A stretch of DNA of 64,000 nucleotides, taken from Octopus bimaculoides. Lineage: Eukaryota. Positions 1 through 14,001 of the stretch are shown one piece after another. Under the pieces are notes generated by a model. The model was not told the origin of the DNA. It searched no databases and saw only the letters and a program-made list of their open reading frames with translations. How positions within the stretch are numbered: position 1 is the stretch's first letter; each line of letters starts with the position of its first letter. The translations under genes were made by a program, and so were the position numbers. The DNA is taken from contig NC_068996.1 in NCBI RefSeq assembly GCF_001194135.2, forward strand, positions 22,261,837 to 22,325,836, given 5' to 3'.

Positions 1-358
1 TTTCAGTTATTTGACTGCGGCCATGCTGGAGCACCGCCTTTAGTTGAGCAAATCGACCCCAGGACTTATTCTTTAGAAGCTTAGTACTTATTCTATCGGT
101 CTCTTTTGCCGAACCGCTAAGTTACGGGGACGTAAACACACCAGCATCAGTTGTCAAGCGATGGTGGGGGGACAAACACAGACACACAAACATATATAGA
201 TAGGTTTCTTTCAGTTTCCGTCTACCAAATCCACTCACAAGGCTTTGGTTGGCCCAAGGCTATAGTAGAAGACACTTGCCCAAGGTGTCACGCAGTGGGA
301 CTGAACCCAGAACCATGTGGTTGGTAAGCAAGCTACTTACCACACAGCCACTCCCGCG
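1..358 (-). mobile_element. tRNA-derived CORE-like SINE, family A (truncated by the window edge)
   Basis: Minus strand has a tRNA-like head (GGAGTGGCTGTGTGGTAAG...GGTTCAGTCCC) followed by CORE-like CCTTGGGCAAGTGTCTT. Related copies occur at about 15.7, 32.8, 34.0, 46.7, 50.1, 52.0, 56.9 and 58.9 kb. Confidence 0.85.
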
Positions 359-3300
359 TTAGTATAACAAATGTAAACATTATCATTACTTCAGACAAGC
401 AAACCCAAGGAATATCAAGATAAACACAGATTTGTGCACACACCCACACAATCTATATAAAGTACACAAGCACACATTACACTCACGACAGGGTTTCTGA
501 CAGTTTCCATTTAGAAGGTATTGATCAACCTGGAGTTGTAGTACAAGACACTTGCCAAAAGTGAAACACTGTTGAAGAACTGCACCTAAAACCATATGGT
601 TGCAAAGAGAGCTTGACAATACTGCTGTGACAGTACCTTCATTTCATAATTTTCTTAATGTTCACTTTTCCAAGCTCCACAGGCTGGAATTTACTGAGGT
701 GGATTTTTCTTGCTAGATGCTCTTTCTGTTACTAACACTCATCTGTTTCAAAGGTAATATTTCTCCAGGATTAGACATGATTTCATGAAAAATTGGAAAT
801 GAAGGACAATGCTTACATGATGATGACACTCATTTACATATTATGTCGAAGCAAGAGACAGTAACATAGATACATACTTACAATGGGCTACTTTCAGTTT
901 CCTTCAATCAAATCCACTCACAATTATCCAAGATGCTATACAGTGGGATCAAACCTAAGACAATGCAGTTGGGAAGCAAACTTCTTACCATACATGCCTT
1001 TATATTATCAATAAGCATTAAGGACATTAAATTGCATCTGGTAGTGAGGCTCAACTTCAGAAGTTTGGAGGAGTATAAAATTACTCCTTGGTCACTGCTA
1101 CTCCAAGGTTTGATGTTGTAGTCCTACCCCCTCCTTGTGAAAGGCTCAAGTTAGGGGTCAAATAACAGAAGATGGTTTTCTGGGAATGACATACAAAACT
1201 TGGAAGGTTGGTCCTTTGACACGTATCATGGATATGCCTGATGTCACATTAATCATTTAGATAGTACCTGTAACCCAAGGCTAAGTTTGGAAGAGCAAAA
1301 GACTAGCAAAGCAAACTATAAGTATACCAGAAGGTAACAGGAAACTATTGTGTCTTTCCTAAGAAATATCAAGAATCTTTCAGACTTTTAGCAAGGAGAT
1401 CTATGATTATTGATGTCTGTAAAAGATGAAAGATGCAGGGAGAATGGAGAAAAATAGGAGAGAGAGAAGGAGTGAGAGGTAGAAGAGGAGAGTGAGAAGA
1501 AGGGAAGGGAGGGAGGGGTAGCGAGCAAGAGATTCTATCAAAAATCGGTACCTGTATGCTTTTTTGGGAGGACAAGTTCTATCTCCGTTCTCACTACGAA
1601 CTCTTTCTTATCTCAAACTGCAGATAAATAGGAACTTTTTAAGAATAAGAAATCCTGTTTAGCCTATGACATCTAGTTTCTTTTTCAATCCAGCCCACAA
1701 AAGCAAAAGAGTTTGATGCCCCTGATATGGGTACGAGACATTTTGGCACAGCCATTTTGGTGCCACTTATTTGATGCCACTAACTCAATGCTATCTTGCT
1801 TGACATCAGATGTTTTAATGTTTCTGTTCTCTCTCTCTCTCTCTCCCCACTCTTTCAGTGAGCATGTTTCTCTGTGTGTATGTGGAGGGGGGAAAGTATA
1901 TCTATTGTGTTCAATAAATAAATTGTAATGTCTTACTCAATCTATGTTTGTGTATGAGCATTTATGTTTGCACGTCTGTGTGTGCGCGTGTGTGTTTGCT
2001 TCAAATGCCAAAAGCAATTGTCACCAATGCAGGCTGAATGTCCAGTCAGCCTTGCCAAATCATCAGCATCATAACAGCTTTGCCCAATCAGTACATTCTG
2101 CTCTAATGTAGAGAGGCTTAATGGTTACCTATCGCAAATTAAATCGAAATAATGACCCAGGGTATAAAGTAATAATTACAATGAACTAATATGCTTATAA
2201 TACATGTCTTTTGTTCTGATATTATTACATTTTTCAAGACATACACACTATTCCAAAGCTCTAGTGTATCTTATTGTAGATCTATCAATACAATCTATCA
2301 AATTCCTTCTCTGGGTGTAAGAACATTACAGAAGTGAAACGTCCACTCAACTAACTGCAAGTTATCTGAATTTTATTGCTAAATATAATAAAGCAAACAA
2401 CAATACAATATATAAAAATAATAGAACAACAAAACCACAGGTTTGATTAGTTACCCAATGACCAGTACAGTAGAGTATTCATCATGTTTTATATTTACAT
2501 TAATAATCTAAACTAGCTATTCAATAACACAACGGTACAACATACCAAGCTTTTTGCAGCTCTTTGAAATGTGACCATTCTCAATTCCTCCCCACCCTGC
2601 AATATAAATCTATAACAGCCACAATGCTTAGAATGAGTGAATGTGCAGGCAGGGTACAAAAAGAAATCATTAAAAAAAAAAAAAAATTATAAGTCATTGG
2701 CTAGCTACTGTTGGCTGAGAGGGATAATGCGTTCCCAATATGGGATAATCATGACAAAAGGGTGAATGAAAGAAAAGAAACTAAATGAAAACTAAACCAG
2801 CAGGTGTGAAGTAAAATGGACTACATTAAAAACAACACTTTGTTCTTTTTTTTTTCTTTCTTTCTTCTTACAGTGGTTTCAGCCATTGAACTGTGATCAT
2901 GCTGGATCATCATGGCTTTAAGGGTATTAAAGTACACCCCACCCTTTTATTCTTTTCCAGTCATTGGACTGCAATCAGCTTGAAGGGTTTAGTCAAGCAA
3001 ATTCACCCTGGTATTTATTTTTTAAAGTCTGGAACTTGTTCTATCCATTGCTTTTGCCAAGCCATCAGATTATGGGGACATACACAAACCAAAGGGTTGA
3101 TAAATGGTAGGAGACAAAAAACATGCATGCGCACGCGCACACACACACACACACAGAGGCTTCCACACAGTTTCCACCTACCAGCCTACTAAGTTCATTT
3201 ACAATACATTAGTTGGTCCAGGGCTATAGTACAACATACTTGCCCAATTTGCAGCCCAAAATATTACACAGAGGAACCGAACCTAGAACATGTAGTGAGT

Positions 3301-3593
3301 AAATTTAGAAATTTATGTGGCCTGCACATAATAGTTTTCTCATAGTTTCCTAATTAGTTTAGATTTTATTCTTTTTACATTTTTTTTTCTATTAACGAGG
3401 AGGTAGGGGTGTGTGTGTGTGTGTGTGCGCGCGCGTGAGCAATGGGATTTAATTCTAAGAGAGGTGTGTCTAAGAGAGACGTGAAGCAGGGAGTGGAACT
3501 TCTTTTTCAATATGTCAGAGAAAAATGTATGAGAAAATTAGTGATGGGCTAAGCAGGAAAAGAAAATTACTAAAGTTCATATGCATACAAACA

Positions 3594-3629
<36 letters not shown>

Positions 3630-4360
3630 GGCCAATTGATGCCTTGTGAGTGAATTTAGTAGATAGAAAATGTGCAGAAGCCTATCATTATACATGCGTT
3701 TGTTTCTAACTCTTGGCAATTAGATGTTTGTTTTACATCACCATAACTGAGAAGTCTGATGAAAAAAAAAAAAAAACCAATGAAATATGTAACAGACTTA
3801 AAAATATGTACTGGAATCCGATTGGATTAACTAAACTTTTCGAAGTAGTGCTCCAGCATGGTCACAACTCAATGACTGAAACAGAAAGAATATTTGGTAA
3901 GTTTGTATGGCGCTTCCAAAGTCCTCCTATAGCATGTGTGTGTGTGACAGAAAAGAGAATAAGAAAGAAGAGAGAAATGGGGAGAGAAAGAAAGATAGGG
4001 AAAGAGATCGAGAGAAAAAAAAACAGAAAAAAAAACGGAAAGAGAATTGTTTTTTAAAGTTTGATAGCACTGAGGATAATGTATACATTTGAAGAATTTG
4101 TGTAGGAGGAATGAAATAAGAGGAAATGGTAGGGAGGTAAATGGGGTGGGTAAGCATAAAAAAGGGTGTTGATAGGAAGTCAGTGGTGCCAATAAGTAGA
4201 GTTTAGGTGTCTTGTTCAGAGACACAACACAATGGTGGTGGGTGGTGGTGGTGGTGATGATGGTAACAAAAAAAATAACCTTTACTACTATAGGCACAAG
4301 GCCTGAAATTTGAGTGGGAGGAAACCAGATTAGTAGTAACAACAATAACTGAGAAGTACC

Positions 4361-4560
4361 AGGACATAGCCATGGAGATGAAGAGATTGTGGAAAAACTA
4401 AGGTGACAATTATTCCTAAACTGATACCTAAGAGACTGAAAGAGATCAGAATTTAGCCTCAAGTTGTCAACCAACAGAAAAGTACCATCATGTATTCTGC
4501 AAGAATCCTAAGAAAGATTCTTGAGCTTAGAGGAGACTTGTTGCTACCAAACCTCTGGAT
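4361..4560 (+). mobile_element. Decayed 3' end of a LINE encoding a restriction-like endonuclease (R4/Dong-like)
   Basis: Translates across frameshifts to EKYQDIAMEMKRLW...KVTIIP...IPKRL...QKSTIMYSARILRKILE, which resembles the C-terminus of RLE-type non-LTR elements. Confidence 0.5.
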
Positions 4561-4597
4561 AACATCCCAACTAAATAATATAGCATGTAATAGCTTT

Positions 4598-4820
4598 AAT
4601 AATAATCCTTTCTACTATAGGCGCAAGGCCTGAAATTTTGGAGGGGTGGGATAGTCGATTACATTGACCCCAGTGCTCAACTGGTACTTATTTTATCAAC
4701 CCCAAAAGGATGAAAGGCAAAGTCGACCTCGATAGAATTTGAACTCAGAATGTGCAGTTGGACAAAATGCTGCTAAGCATTTACCCCAGCAAACTAATGA
4801 TCCTGGCAGTTTGCTGCTTT
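4598..4820 (-). mobile_element. tRNA-derived SINE, family C
   Basis: Matches the repeat AGCTGGCAGAA...CTGAGTTCAAATT...TTTCATCCTTT..GGGTTGATAAAATAAGTACCAG with an (ATT)n tail. Other copies at about 11.4, 17.0, 18.2, 23.7, 30.8 and 56.4 kb. Confidence 0.8.
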
Positions 4821-5849
4821 AATAATAATAATTAATTCGTTTTATTGGCCACAAGGGCTAATATCAATTAAAAACATATAAGGACAAAGACAGGACGAAG
4901 GTTACAAAAGGTTTTGTCCGAAAAAGTAGGAAAGTTCGTCTAAACAGAGGAAGAAAACGGAGAAAGATATAATAAATGAATAGATAAATAAATAGATAAA
5001 TAAATAAGTAGAACTCCCAAAGAGGGAGGCGCTTCGAAAAAGGAAAGGTTACACGTGGAAAAACCCATAAAACCATGGGAGCCTGGTCAGAAAAAAATAA
5101 GAAAGGGGTATAGAGCCCTTTCTCCTTTTACATTACCTTTTTTTTTTTAATAATAACGATGATGATGATGATTTCTGTAATAATAATAACAATAATGGTT
5201 TAACATTTTAGTTCAGGGCTAGCAATTTCAAGGGGGGGGGGGGAAGCTGATTTCATCTGCAAAGTATCTTCTTTATGTACATCTGGGACTACACTGTCCA
5301 ATGTATTTTTCCCTTTATTCTTTAAAATTATAGAGTATGTTTTGAAGGAGTCTTTATTGCTATTTCTAGTACATCAAAGAATTGCATGGAAGTACTGTCA
5401 TTGGTGAATCCTTATGGTGCTCTTGTGTATTATATTGTTGAATATTATCATCATCAACAGCATTAGTTTCCATGCTGGTATGGGTCGAACAGTCTGACAC
5501 AATCTGGTGAATTGCAGGGCTGTGCAGTGCCAGCTACGGTATTTTTGCTATGGTCGGATGCCCTTTTTAATGCCAACCACCTTACAGTGTATGTTGGGTG
5601 TTTTCTTCGTATCACTTGTGAGGTTACCAAGGAAATTGCAAAACAGAAAAGAGGGGGGGGGGGAAACCAGAAGGAATCTACTTTTATTAGATCCAGTGTC
5701 AGCATATGTGTCTGTCTGTGTGCATCTGGACTAATACACAAAGACAGGGTTGTGTTGATGAAATCCTTATCCAAATTGTTTTATAGAGGAAAGTTAAAAC
5801 AATTGAGATTATCAATGAGTGGTTATATTCAAAATCAGTTTAACAGTCA

Positions 5850-5916
<67 letters not shown>

Positions 5917-6587
5917 TATGCATATGTGTGGAATGAGACTGCCTTACACAGTAAGTTTTCTATGATGATTACCCTTTATATGCACACACGCACACACCAC
6001 AACTGCTACATAGTAACTTCCTGAAAAACAAACTTAATTTCACATTATGAATTGGCAATGATGTAAGTGTTAAGAGTAAAAATGATGATGGATGGTGACC
6101 ACATGATGATGGTGGTGATAATTCCCCACTTAAGGGAAAAAATATCTTTGTTGCTTTGACTTATTACCATTTTACTTCACCCCACCCAACACCAACACAG
6201 ACACAGACATTATAAGTTCTTAAGTCATAAAATTCTGAGATATCACAACTTGCAAATGTGTATCTGAAGTTTATTGAGCAAGTGTCAAACATTAATAATC
6301 ATTGAAATACAAAGAGTTAAGAGAAATCCAATATGATAATATACAAATTTGTTTCCTATATAAATATAGAAGTAATAAAAGTCAATCAATGAATTTATTC
6401 TTTACAATTCTTGCTCAAGGAAACAGTAGCTACTCATGTTGATAACCAAAGCTCACTGCAACACTTTGCTTCCTTTTTTTTTTTTTGCTATATCATTCTT
6501 TAGTATTTTCATAACCACTGAGTGTGGTCAAAAGGAAACTGAATTACTTGGTGAAGATGTCATATTCTTCACCAAAAGTGGATTTAA

Positions 6588-6804
6588 CCCTTTAGCATTC
6601 AGATTTTTCTATCAAATGAAATATTTATTCACATTGTTTTGAATCTATCATGCATTATCTTCTTGTTCTGAAATTTTGATGATGCAATTGCTTATTCTTA
6701 GAATAACATTTAAGCAGAGATGTGAGAGGGCAGAATCTAACTGATTTGAGTATAAAACAGGTACAATATTTTGGCTGGATACGGATGGTTTAAATGCTAA
6801 AGGG
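6588..6804. mobile_element. TTAA-flanked (piggyBac-like) MITE, family 1
   Basis: TTAA|CCCTTTAGCATT...AATGCTAAAGGG|TTAA. Related copies at 6901-7076, ~41.2 kb and ~49.9 kb. Confidence 0.8.
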
Positions 6805-8437
6805 TTAACTCTTGATACCAAGTTGCCCAAGTCCATCCTTCATTTAATGAAACAAATTTCTTGTAGAAATTGCCAAATGGACAGGCATGCAAAGGCTTAA
6901 CACTTTAGCATTCAGATCACTCTATCAAATGTAATACTCATTCATTTACATTGTTTTGAATTTATCATACATTATCTTGTGGCTTTGAAACTTCAATGAT
7001 ATGATTGTTTATTTTAAAAATGACATTGTAGGGTAGGTGAGAGAGAACTGATACAGCCAGTTTGAATACGAAAGGGTTAAAGCTAACAAACACTAGCCAT
7101 CACCAGCCAAAGGTAGCAGATTCTTAAGGGATCTGCAATATAACAGAAGATGCTCCTAAGATGAAAGCAATGGCATGGGACCCATTTTCTATTTTCATCC
7201 TGCCTCATACTGTGAAATGTAAGTGTTCCTGAAGGGCAGACTTGTCTTACTAGAAAAGCTAGCAATAACATCACTCCAACTAGACTTGTTCCTGCTTCCC
7301 AGGAATACAAGAACAATCATCATTGTGGTTGAAATTACATTACCCTGAGAGGGCAAACTCAATATTTCTCACCAGCTAAAGAAAACTAAATATCAAGATC
7401 AAGCTGGTTGACAAGGCCCCTGTTGTCAGCTACCACAACTTTCCAGCTGGAGTGGTATGCTATTTCCTGCAGAAGATTGTTCTAGAACACAAACAACTGA
7501 AGATGGTAGATGAAACCAGCTACATACAAGCACACAACAAGTTTCCACACGACTTTTGTCTCCAAATTATAAGGCTTTGATCAGCCCAGAACTATAGCAG
7601 AAGACACTAGCCCAAGGTGACATGCAGTAGGACTAAACCAAAAGCCAATGTGACTGGAAAGCAAATCTTATCATATAGCCTTAGACGCATCTTGAGAAAA
7701 AAAATATGCATGGTCATAGTTGGATTGCCTCTTATCATAGATCTAATTGATCAGAGCCAACCAGAGGTTTAACAGTGACAGCCTATAACAACAATTAATA
7801 TAGAAGATATCCAGCTGTTAGGGAAGAGAAAACAACTAAAAACCATCATGAAGCATATCAGATAATTCATGTAATTATAAAATTAATGCAGTAATTTTAT
7901 GGTAATTATTGTAAAGTCATCAACAGCTGCAGAAAGTTATTGTAAAGCCGAGATATCCATTAGTTATATGGTTTATAGAGTATGAGTTATTGCAATGTGC
8001 TGGTGTGACTAGATTATTATTCTTATGGAAATAGTCTTCTTCAAAAGGCAAGAGTCCGCTTGACTTGAATAAATAACTGTCATGATATCGTTATACAAGA
8101 TGTAAATACATCAATGAACTGAAAGCATGGAATCTTATATTAAGTGTATTGAATGACAATGGTATTTGTAACTGAAAGAAACTTAGAAGTGTGTTTTCTA
8201 GAGAAATACAAAAATAGCTAAAATACTTTGTTACCAAGCTGAAAAATGAGTATGGTATAAAAGGAATAAAATTTCATTCCAAGATCTTTTCTTTGTGAAA
8301 CTGATTTAACCCCTTTGTTACCATAATTCTGTTGGGATATATTTTGTTTAAATAAATTGTGAAAATAATAAAGAGCTTATTAAAACAACCTTGTCATTAT
8401 ATCAAGTTGACATAAGTTCTCGTTTTGATCATTTTAA

Positions 8438-8649
8438 CCCTTCTGTTACCATATTTCTGATGAAATACACTGCTTTTGTTTCCGTTAAATTTTTAAAATA
8501 ATGAGTTTAGTCAAAAAACTTAGTCTTTATTAAGCTGATGTTTGGAACATTAAATTTTGATTGAAAGTGTTAATTAAGAATCATTTTGAAACAGTGAGTA
8601 TATATCATAGGTACCAGGGATGGTTTAAGGCAGATTAGTGTCAAAAGGA
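8438..8649. mobile_element. TTAA-flanked (piggyBac-like) MITE, family 2
   Basis: Begins TTAA|CCCTTCTGTTACC and ends in degenerate GTGTCAAAAGGATTAA. Related copies at about 10.5-10.95, 23.6, 27.1, 34.4 and 50.8 kb. Confidence 0.7.
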
Positions 8650-8816
8650 TTAAAGCCTATAAGAAATAAAAGATGTATTACAACTCTCTGGCAAATTCTT
8701 CTAACGAGCTATACTTACTAATCATTAATCATATTTCTTGGGGGGGGGGGAAGAAACACCTTATTATTCCTCATTCTTTTAGGTTTCACTAACCATATGG
8801 AGCCTATTACGTTACA

Positions 8817-8850
<34 letters not shown>

Positions 8851-10552
8851 TTATTCAATACTTTTGACCTTCATTATTCATTATATTTGTCTGAACTGAT
8901 ATGGTTCTTTTTCAGTTTTTCCCTTTTCATTTTAATCATTCTTTTAATTATATATACTTCATAAATCCATTATTCATCTCCATCTTTAATATTAAACAGA
9001 GAGGAAGATCATTTTTATGTGCCATAAGATATATGGTTCTAGTTTAAACAGTTTAACTACTTCTGTTGAAAGTAATATCTTTTTCTCTACCCAAAACCTA
9101 TCCTCTAGATGAGTAAAGAAAAATATATGGCTTTCCTATTCTATGTGTTTTGCTGAAGGCCAGAACAAGAAATATAGATCAAATGGTCAACTTAGGTGTT
9201 AACTACTCACAGGTCAGTGAGGGGGCTTCTCTGCTGTTCTAAACAAGCTCAATGTAAAGGTGAATTTTCCTTCAATAGAGCCTTATAAAAAAGAAACCAC
9301 ATAACCCAGTGAGGAAACTTTTAAGCAATCAGATTTCTTTCAACAGTATCCCTATTTTCTTTTAAAAAAGAAAAAAAATAGGGACCACACAAGTCAGTGA
9401 GCAAGCTTCAAAGAAATCACACAACCTACTCCATACAGGGACCAAAAGTTCTTCAATAGTCTAGTATCTAAATTTCACCACTCAACCAAACCCATTATCT
9501 TTAAGACTCACATGCAATTTTCAGGTTTTCAATATGAAGACAGTAAACTACACCCAATTACAATGCGTCCCATGTACAAGACCCAACACATGTTACCATA
9601 CATCTGATTTTGTTGTTATTCTTAGGGGTGGTTAATACATTGGTGCTGGACCTATTTACCCATCATCCTAACATGGATAAAAGTAACATTAGACATCATT
9701 ATAATTATGTCACTTCAATTACATTCCCATTAACTATCTAAACAGATGTACTCTTTGATAAACCAAAAAAAAAAAAAATTTCCCCTTCATATTTATATTT
9801 CATTAAAACTAAAAAAACTAAAAGCAAAAACATTTTGTAGAGAGAAAATTTAAATTGAGCATGTCACATCATGTTTTGAATGGTTGATGTAACAGACAAT
9901 ATGTTGTCTAAATTGAGAAAAAAAAAAAATGGCTAACAATATTAGAATAAATGGGAGTAAAATACTTCCTTTATATTTTTAAAGATTTTGTTCCTAGTTT
10001 TTTTCTCCACACACACACACACGCACAAATCCCGAGGCAAGTACTTAATAACTTCTTTTTTATACACACCAACACACACATACACAAATACATACAAACA
10101 AGCAGAGAGGATGTGGGGTGGTTACATTCCAAGAAATGCCTTTATTATCAGAGATATTCCTTGTAAGAATTTCATCATGCACTAGAAAAAAAAATTTACT
10201 TTTCTCTAGGTCATCACATTATCACATGTTTAGTAGTACAGGGAGGTTAAATAAGTTAAACTAACAACACTCCTTGTGTCCATTTATATTGTTCCTGTTG
10301 AGTACCAGGTCAACAATTATCAAAGTAGACCTATGATCAAATGCTTACTGGTACTGGCCATCCCATCTTTTTCAAGGGTGTCTAATTCATCCTTTCCTTC
10401 AGCATTTTCCCTTAATCATTTTGCTATCAAATCTCTGTTGAAATCACTATTTACTTTTCTTAAGTTTCAAAGATAATGAAGAATATAGCAAAGTAACTGT
10501 CACTATTAATCTTGACAGGAAATTTTGAAAGTTTTCATTTAAATCACTTTAA

Positions 10553-10953
10553 CACTTTAGTTACCATATTATTATTAAAATATATTGTTTTTCTTTTAAT
10601 TTATTTTAAAAATAATGAATATCATAAAATAACTTTGTCATTAAGAACATAAATTAACACGAAATTTCTAATAGGAAGTTTCAATTTAGACCACTTTAAA
10701 ACAGAAAACCTGTACCACTGAATAAAAGCAGTCTCAAGAAGTTTGGTATCAAAAGGGTTAACCTTTTTGATACCCACTTGCTTGAGATCACCTTGTTCTA
10801 GGATACAAACTTGCTGTATTTACTATTAAAAAATCATATTAATTTGTTTCAAAAACCATTTAAATTATGGTAAGATTATTTTATTGAATTCATTATTTTC
10901 CAAATTAATTGAAACAGAGGCAGTGTGTTTTAACAGATATGGTAACAAAAGGG
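10553..10953. mobile_element. Two family-2 TTAA MITEs in inverted orientation sharing one TTAA (10758-10761)
   Basis: Junction reads GGTATCAAAAGGG|TTAA|CCTTTTTGATACC. Outer TTAAs are at 10549-10552 and 10954-10957. Confidence 0.75.
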
Positions 10954-11299
10954 TTAAGGAAGTTAGATGTGGTTTGTCGAACAACAAGACAGAGGCTCAC
11001 TCATTGGCTTGTTTGAATTTAGGCCAAAAGACACCACCTCAGGTGAATTTTAGAACTTGATTATCCAAATGAAACACGTGGTGAGTAATTAGTTTCTATA
11101 ATTGATCTGATAGTAAACAGTAAAAACCATACTAAACATAATTACAGGAATTTGATATGTTGTAGGAATAATCCAAAATTCAGTTATCTGAGGCTTGATT
11201 GTATTTATTAACGCATATTTATTCAAGAATCTGATCTATCCAATTCCATAATATTCTCACTCTTCACATGGCATTATCTTAACTAAATCTGCCAAATCA

Positions 11300-11395
11300 G
11301 ATTGGAGCCTGGTGTAGCCATTTGGTTCACCAGTCCTCAGTCAAATCGTCCAACCCATGCTAGCATGGAAAGCGGACGTTAAACAATGATGATGA
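11300..11395 (+). mobile_element. 3' tail fragment of an RTE-clade LINE
   Basis: CCTGGTGTAGCC...CAAATCGTCCAACCCATGCTAGCATGGAAAGCGGACGTTAAAC(GAT)n. Near-identical to 39020-39110 and similar to the tail of the RTE copy at 14.0 kb. Confidence 0.7.
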
Positions 11396-11753
11396 AATTA
11401 AAAGGTAGCAAGTTGGCAGAATTTTTAGTGCATAGGACAAAATGCTTACTAGCATTTCTTCCAGGTGTGAGTTCAAGCTCTGCAGTGGTCAACTTTGTCT
11501 TTCTTCCTTTCAGGGTATCTAAGATAAGTACCTATCATGTACTGCAGTTGATGTTATCAACTTGCCCCTTTCTCTTCAAAATTTATGCCCTTGTGCCAAA
11601 ATTAGAAAGAATTATTTTAACTTAATTTCATGTGACAGAATCTGTAATAATCAACAAAAATAACCTTGCCATATTTAGTTTGCTACTCCAATTGAAGTCG
11701 TGACACTACACCATTTCTGAAGGAAGCTTTAAAGTAATGATAATCCTATAACT

Positions 11754-11997
11754 TATTTTATGTTGCCTTCTCAAGCCATGCCAGGCTCATGAGGGCCGGT
11801 TTCAATGGCGTTTATATTCCCCACCTGGACAGGACACCAGTCCATCGCAGGATTACTCATTTTTGCCAACTGAGTGAAGTGGAGCAATAATGAAGTGTTT
11901 GGCTCAAGAACACAACGTGTCGCCCAGTCCAGGAATCGAAATCAAAATCTTACGATCATGAGTCCAACACCCTAACCACTAAGCCATGAGCCTTCAC
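11754..11997 (-). mobile_element. tRNA/CORE-like SINE with a 13-bp target-site duplication
   Basis: Head GTGAAGGCTCATGGCTTAGTGGTTAGGG...TTCGATTCC, then TGTGTTCTTGAGCCAAACACTT. TSD TAATCCTATAACT at 11741-11753 and 11998-12010. Confidence 0.85.
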
Positions 11998-12399
11998 TAA
12001 TCCTATAACTAGATTCATTTAAATTGCTGATATCCTTCAGCAAAGAATATCCCATTAACCACTATTGTTGCTGCTCTATCACCACATATTTGACATCATT
12101 GTACTAATGTAAGAAATGAATATTTAATTTCTAACTCTGAAGTTTCTTCACCAACTTATTCATATGACCGAATCAAATATCTGTTTTTAAATTAATTAGT
12201 TCTTATCTCTATACTTTAGTGAACTAAAAATATGCATTGTGTTTTTTGTATGCTAAGGAATATGAAATTCCTTTCATTTGCTTAACTTAACCCAAATGTT
12301 TTCCAAAGACAAATTTTTTTTTAAAGGATTTACTTATTAATTTTTTTAAATGGGATTTAAGTGATCTGAAGAAAGATGCGGTTACAGCCTTTGCAGACC

Positions 12400-12740
12400 T
12401 CACCTAGTCTTTAGGAGAGAGTAATTGTAGGAAGCTCAGGATTTTTATAGCCCAAAATAGCCAGTATTCAGGATACAACCTTAGAATATCTGTGCATGTA
12501 ACAGCAGCACAGTTCCAGCTATAAGAGCAATACTCTGTTGTGGGTCTCCCTTGGGTTTTTTAATGAGTAATTGTAGGAACCTGTAGAATTTTGTAGCCTC
12601 AAAGGAAGGGCAGTCTTAGACTCAGCCCTTAGGATATGAGTGTGTGAGCAGCAACACTATTCTGGATATGAGAATACTACACCACTGTTGGTCTCAATCT
12701 TTGTAGTGAGTAATTGCAGAAAACTGAAGTACTTTCTGAT
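12400..12740. repeat. Diverged ~145-bp tandem repeat, about 2.3 units
   Basis: GAGTAATTGTAGGAA-like anchors at 12419, 12565 and 12708. The intervening sequence aligns between units (TTTT(A/G)TAGCC, CCTTAG(A/G)ATAT, GCAGCA, GGTCTC). Confidence 0.6.
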
Positions 12741-13130
12741 TCTAGAGAGAAAGAGTAGTCAATGGTATGTTGAGAATGTTGAATTACATACAGATGATTA
12801 AACCAAGCCCAAGTATATTACCTGTACTTATTTTACCAATCTCTGATTAGATATAAAGGCGAAGTTAAACCCAATGAGATTTAAACACTGAATGAAATTA
12901 CTTCTGTAAAATACTAAAAGACTTTCATCCCAAAAGCATCACTATCTTTTTTTTCACATTTTTATTCCACACCCCTCTCTCTCTCTCTCTCACACACTTC
13001 CTTTTCTTTCTCACTCCATAATCTCTCACTACCATTTCCTCCTTTCCCTTACTCACTCATTGTTTTCCACTCAAGCTCTAAAGTCAAGTTAACCAGGAAT
13101 GAAGTTATTCTCATATGTTACAGGATTGAG

Positions 13131-13515
13131 GTGGAGGCGCAATGGTCCAGTGGTTAGGGCAGCGGACTCGCGGTCATAGGATCGCGGTTTCAATTCCCAG
13201 ACCGGGTGTTGTGAGTGTTTATTGAGCGAAAACACCTAAAGCTCCACGAAGCTCAGGCAGGGGTGGTGGCAAACCCTGCTGTACTCTTCCACCACAACTT
13301 TCTCTCACTCTTACTTCCTGTTTCTGTTGTGCCTGTAATTCAAAGGGTCAGCCTTGTCACACTGTGTCACGCTGAATATCCCCGAGAACTACGTTAAGGT
13401 TACACGTGTCTGTGGAGTGCTCAGCCACTTGCATGTTAATTTCACGAGCAGGCTGTTCCGTTGATCGGATCAACTGAAACCCTCGACGTCGTAAGTGACG
13501 GAGGGCCAACAACAA
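13131..13515 (+). mobile_element. Young full-length tRNA-derived SINE, family B, with a 12-bp TSD
   Basis: Head GGAGGCGCAATGG.CCAGTGGTTAGGG...TTC.ATTCCC and a (CAA)n tail. TSD TACAGGATTGAG at 13119-13130 and 13516-13527. Very similar to 53573-53962. Confidence 0.9.
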
Positions 13516-14001
13516 TACAGGATTGAGAATATATCTGCACATGGCTGGGTCCATGTAAGACTCCAGGAAGATAATCTCTTTTGCAAAGAATGCAGCAATA
13601 TTGAAAACTCATTCATCATCATTTAATGTCCACTTTTCTGTGCTTCCACGAGTCAAGGTGGAATTTATTGAGGCAGATTTTGTAATGACCGGATACCCTT
13701 CCTGTTTCCAAATGAAGGTAATATTTCTCCATGACCAGATATGTCTTCAAAGATAAGAAACGAAGGACACCACTTGCATGATGGCGACACAACTATCAAG
13801 ACAAAGATACAGTAACACATACACACACAGTTTCTACAGTTCTGTCTTCCAAAAACCACTCATATGACCTTGGTCAACCTAGGATTAAAGCAGAAGACAC
13901 TTGCCAAAGGTGCTATGCAGTGGAATTGAATCCAAGACCATATAGTTGGGAAGCAAATGTCATTCTATGCAGCCGAACCCATCATTACAGAAATAAAGTT
14001 A

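Noticed and set aside
7081-7520. Possible decayed LINE coding remnant
   Set aside because: No diagnostic motif could be read with confidence.
13131-13205. tRNA-like sequence with A and B boxes (also at 53573, 46316 and 11930-11997)
   Set aside because: These are SINE heads that continue into SINE bodies bounded by TSDs, without a complete acceptor stem.
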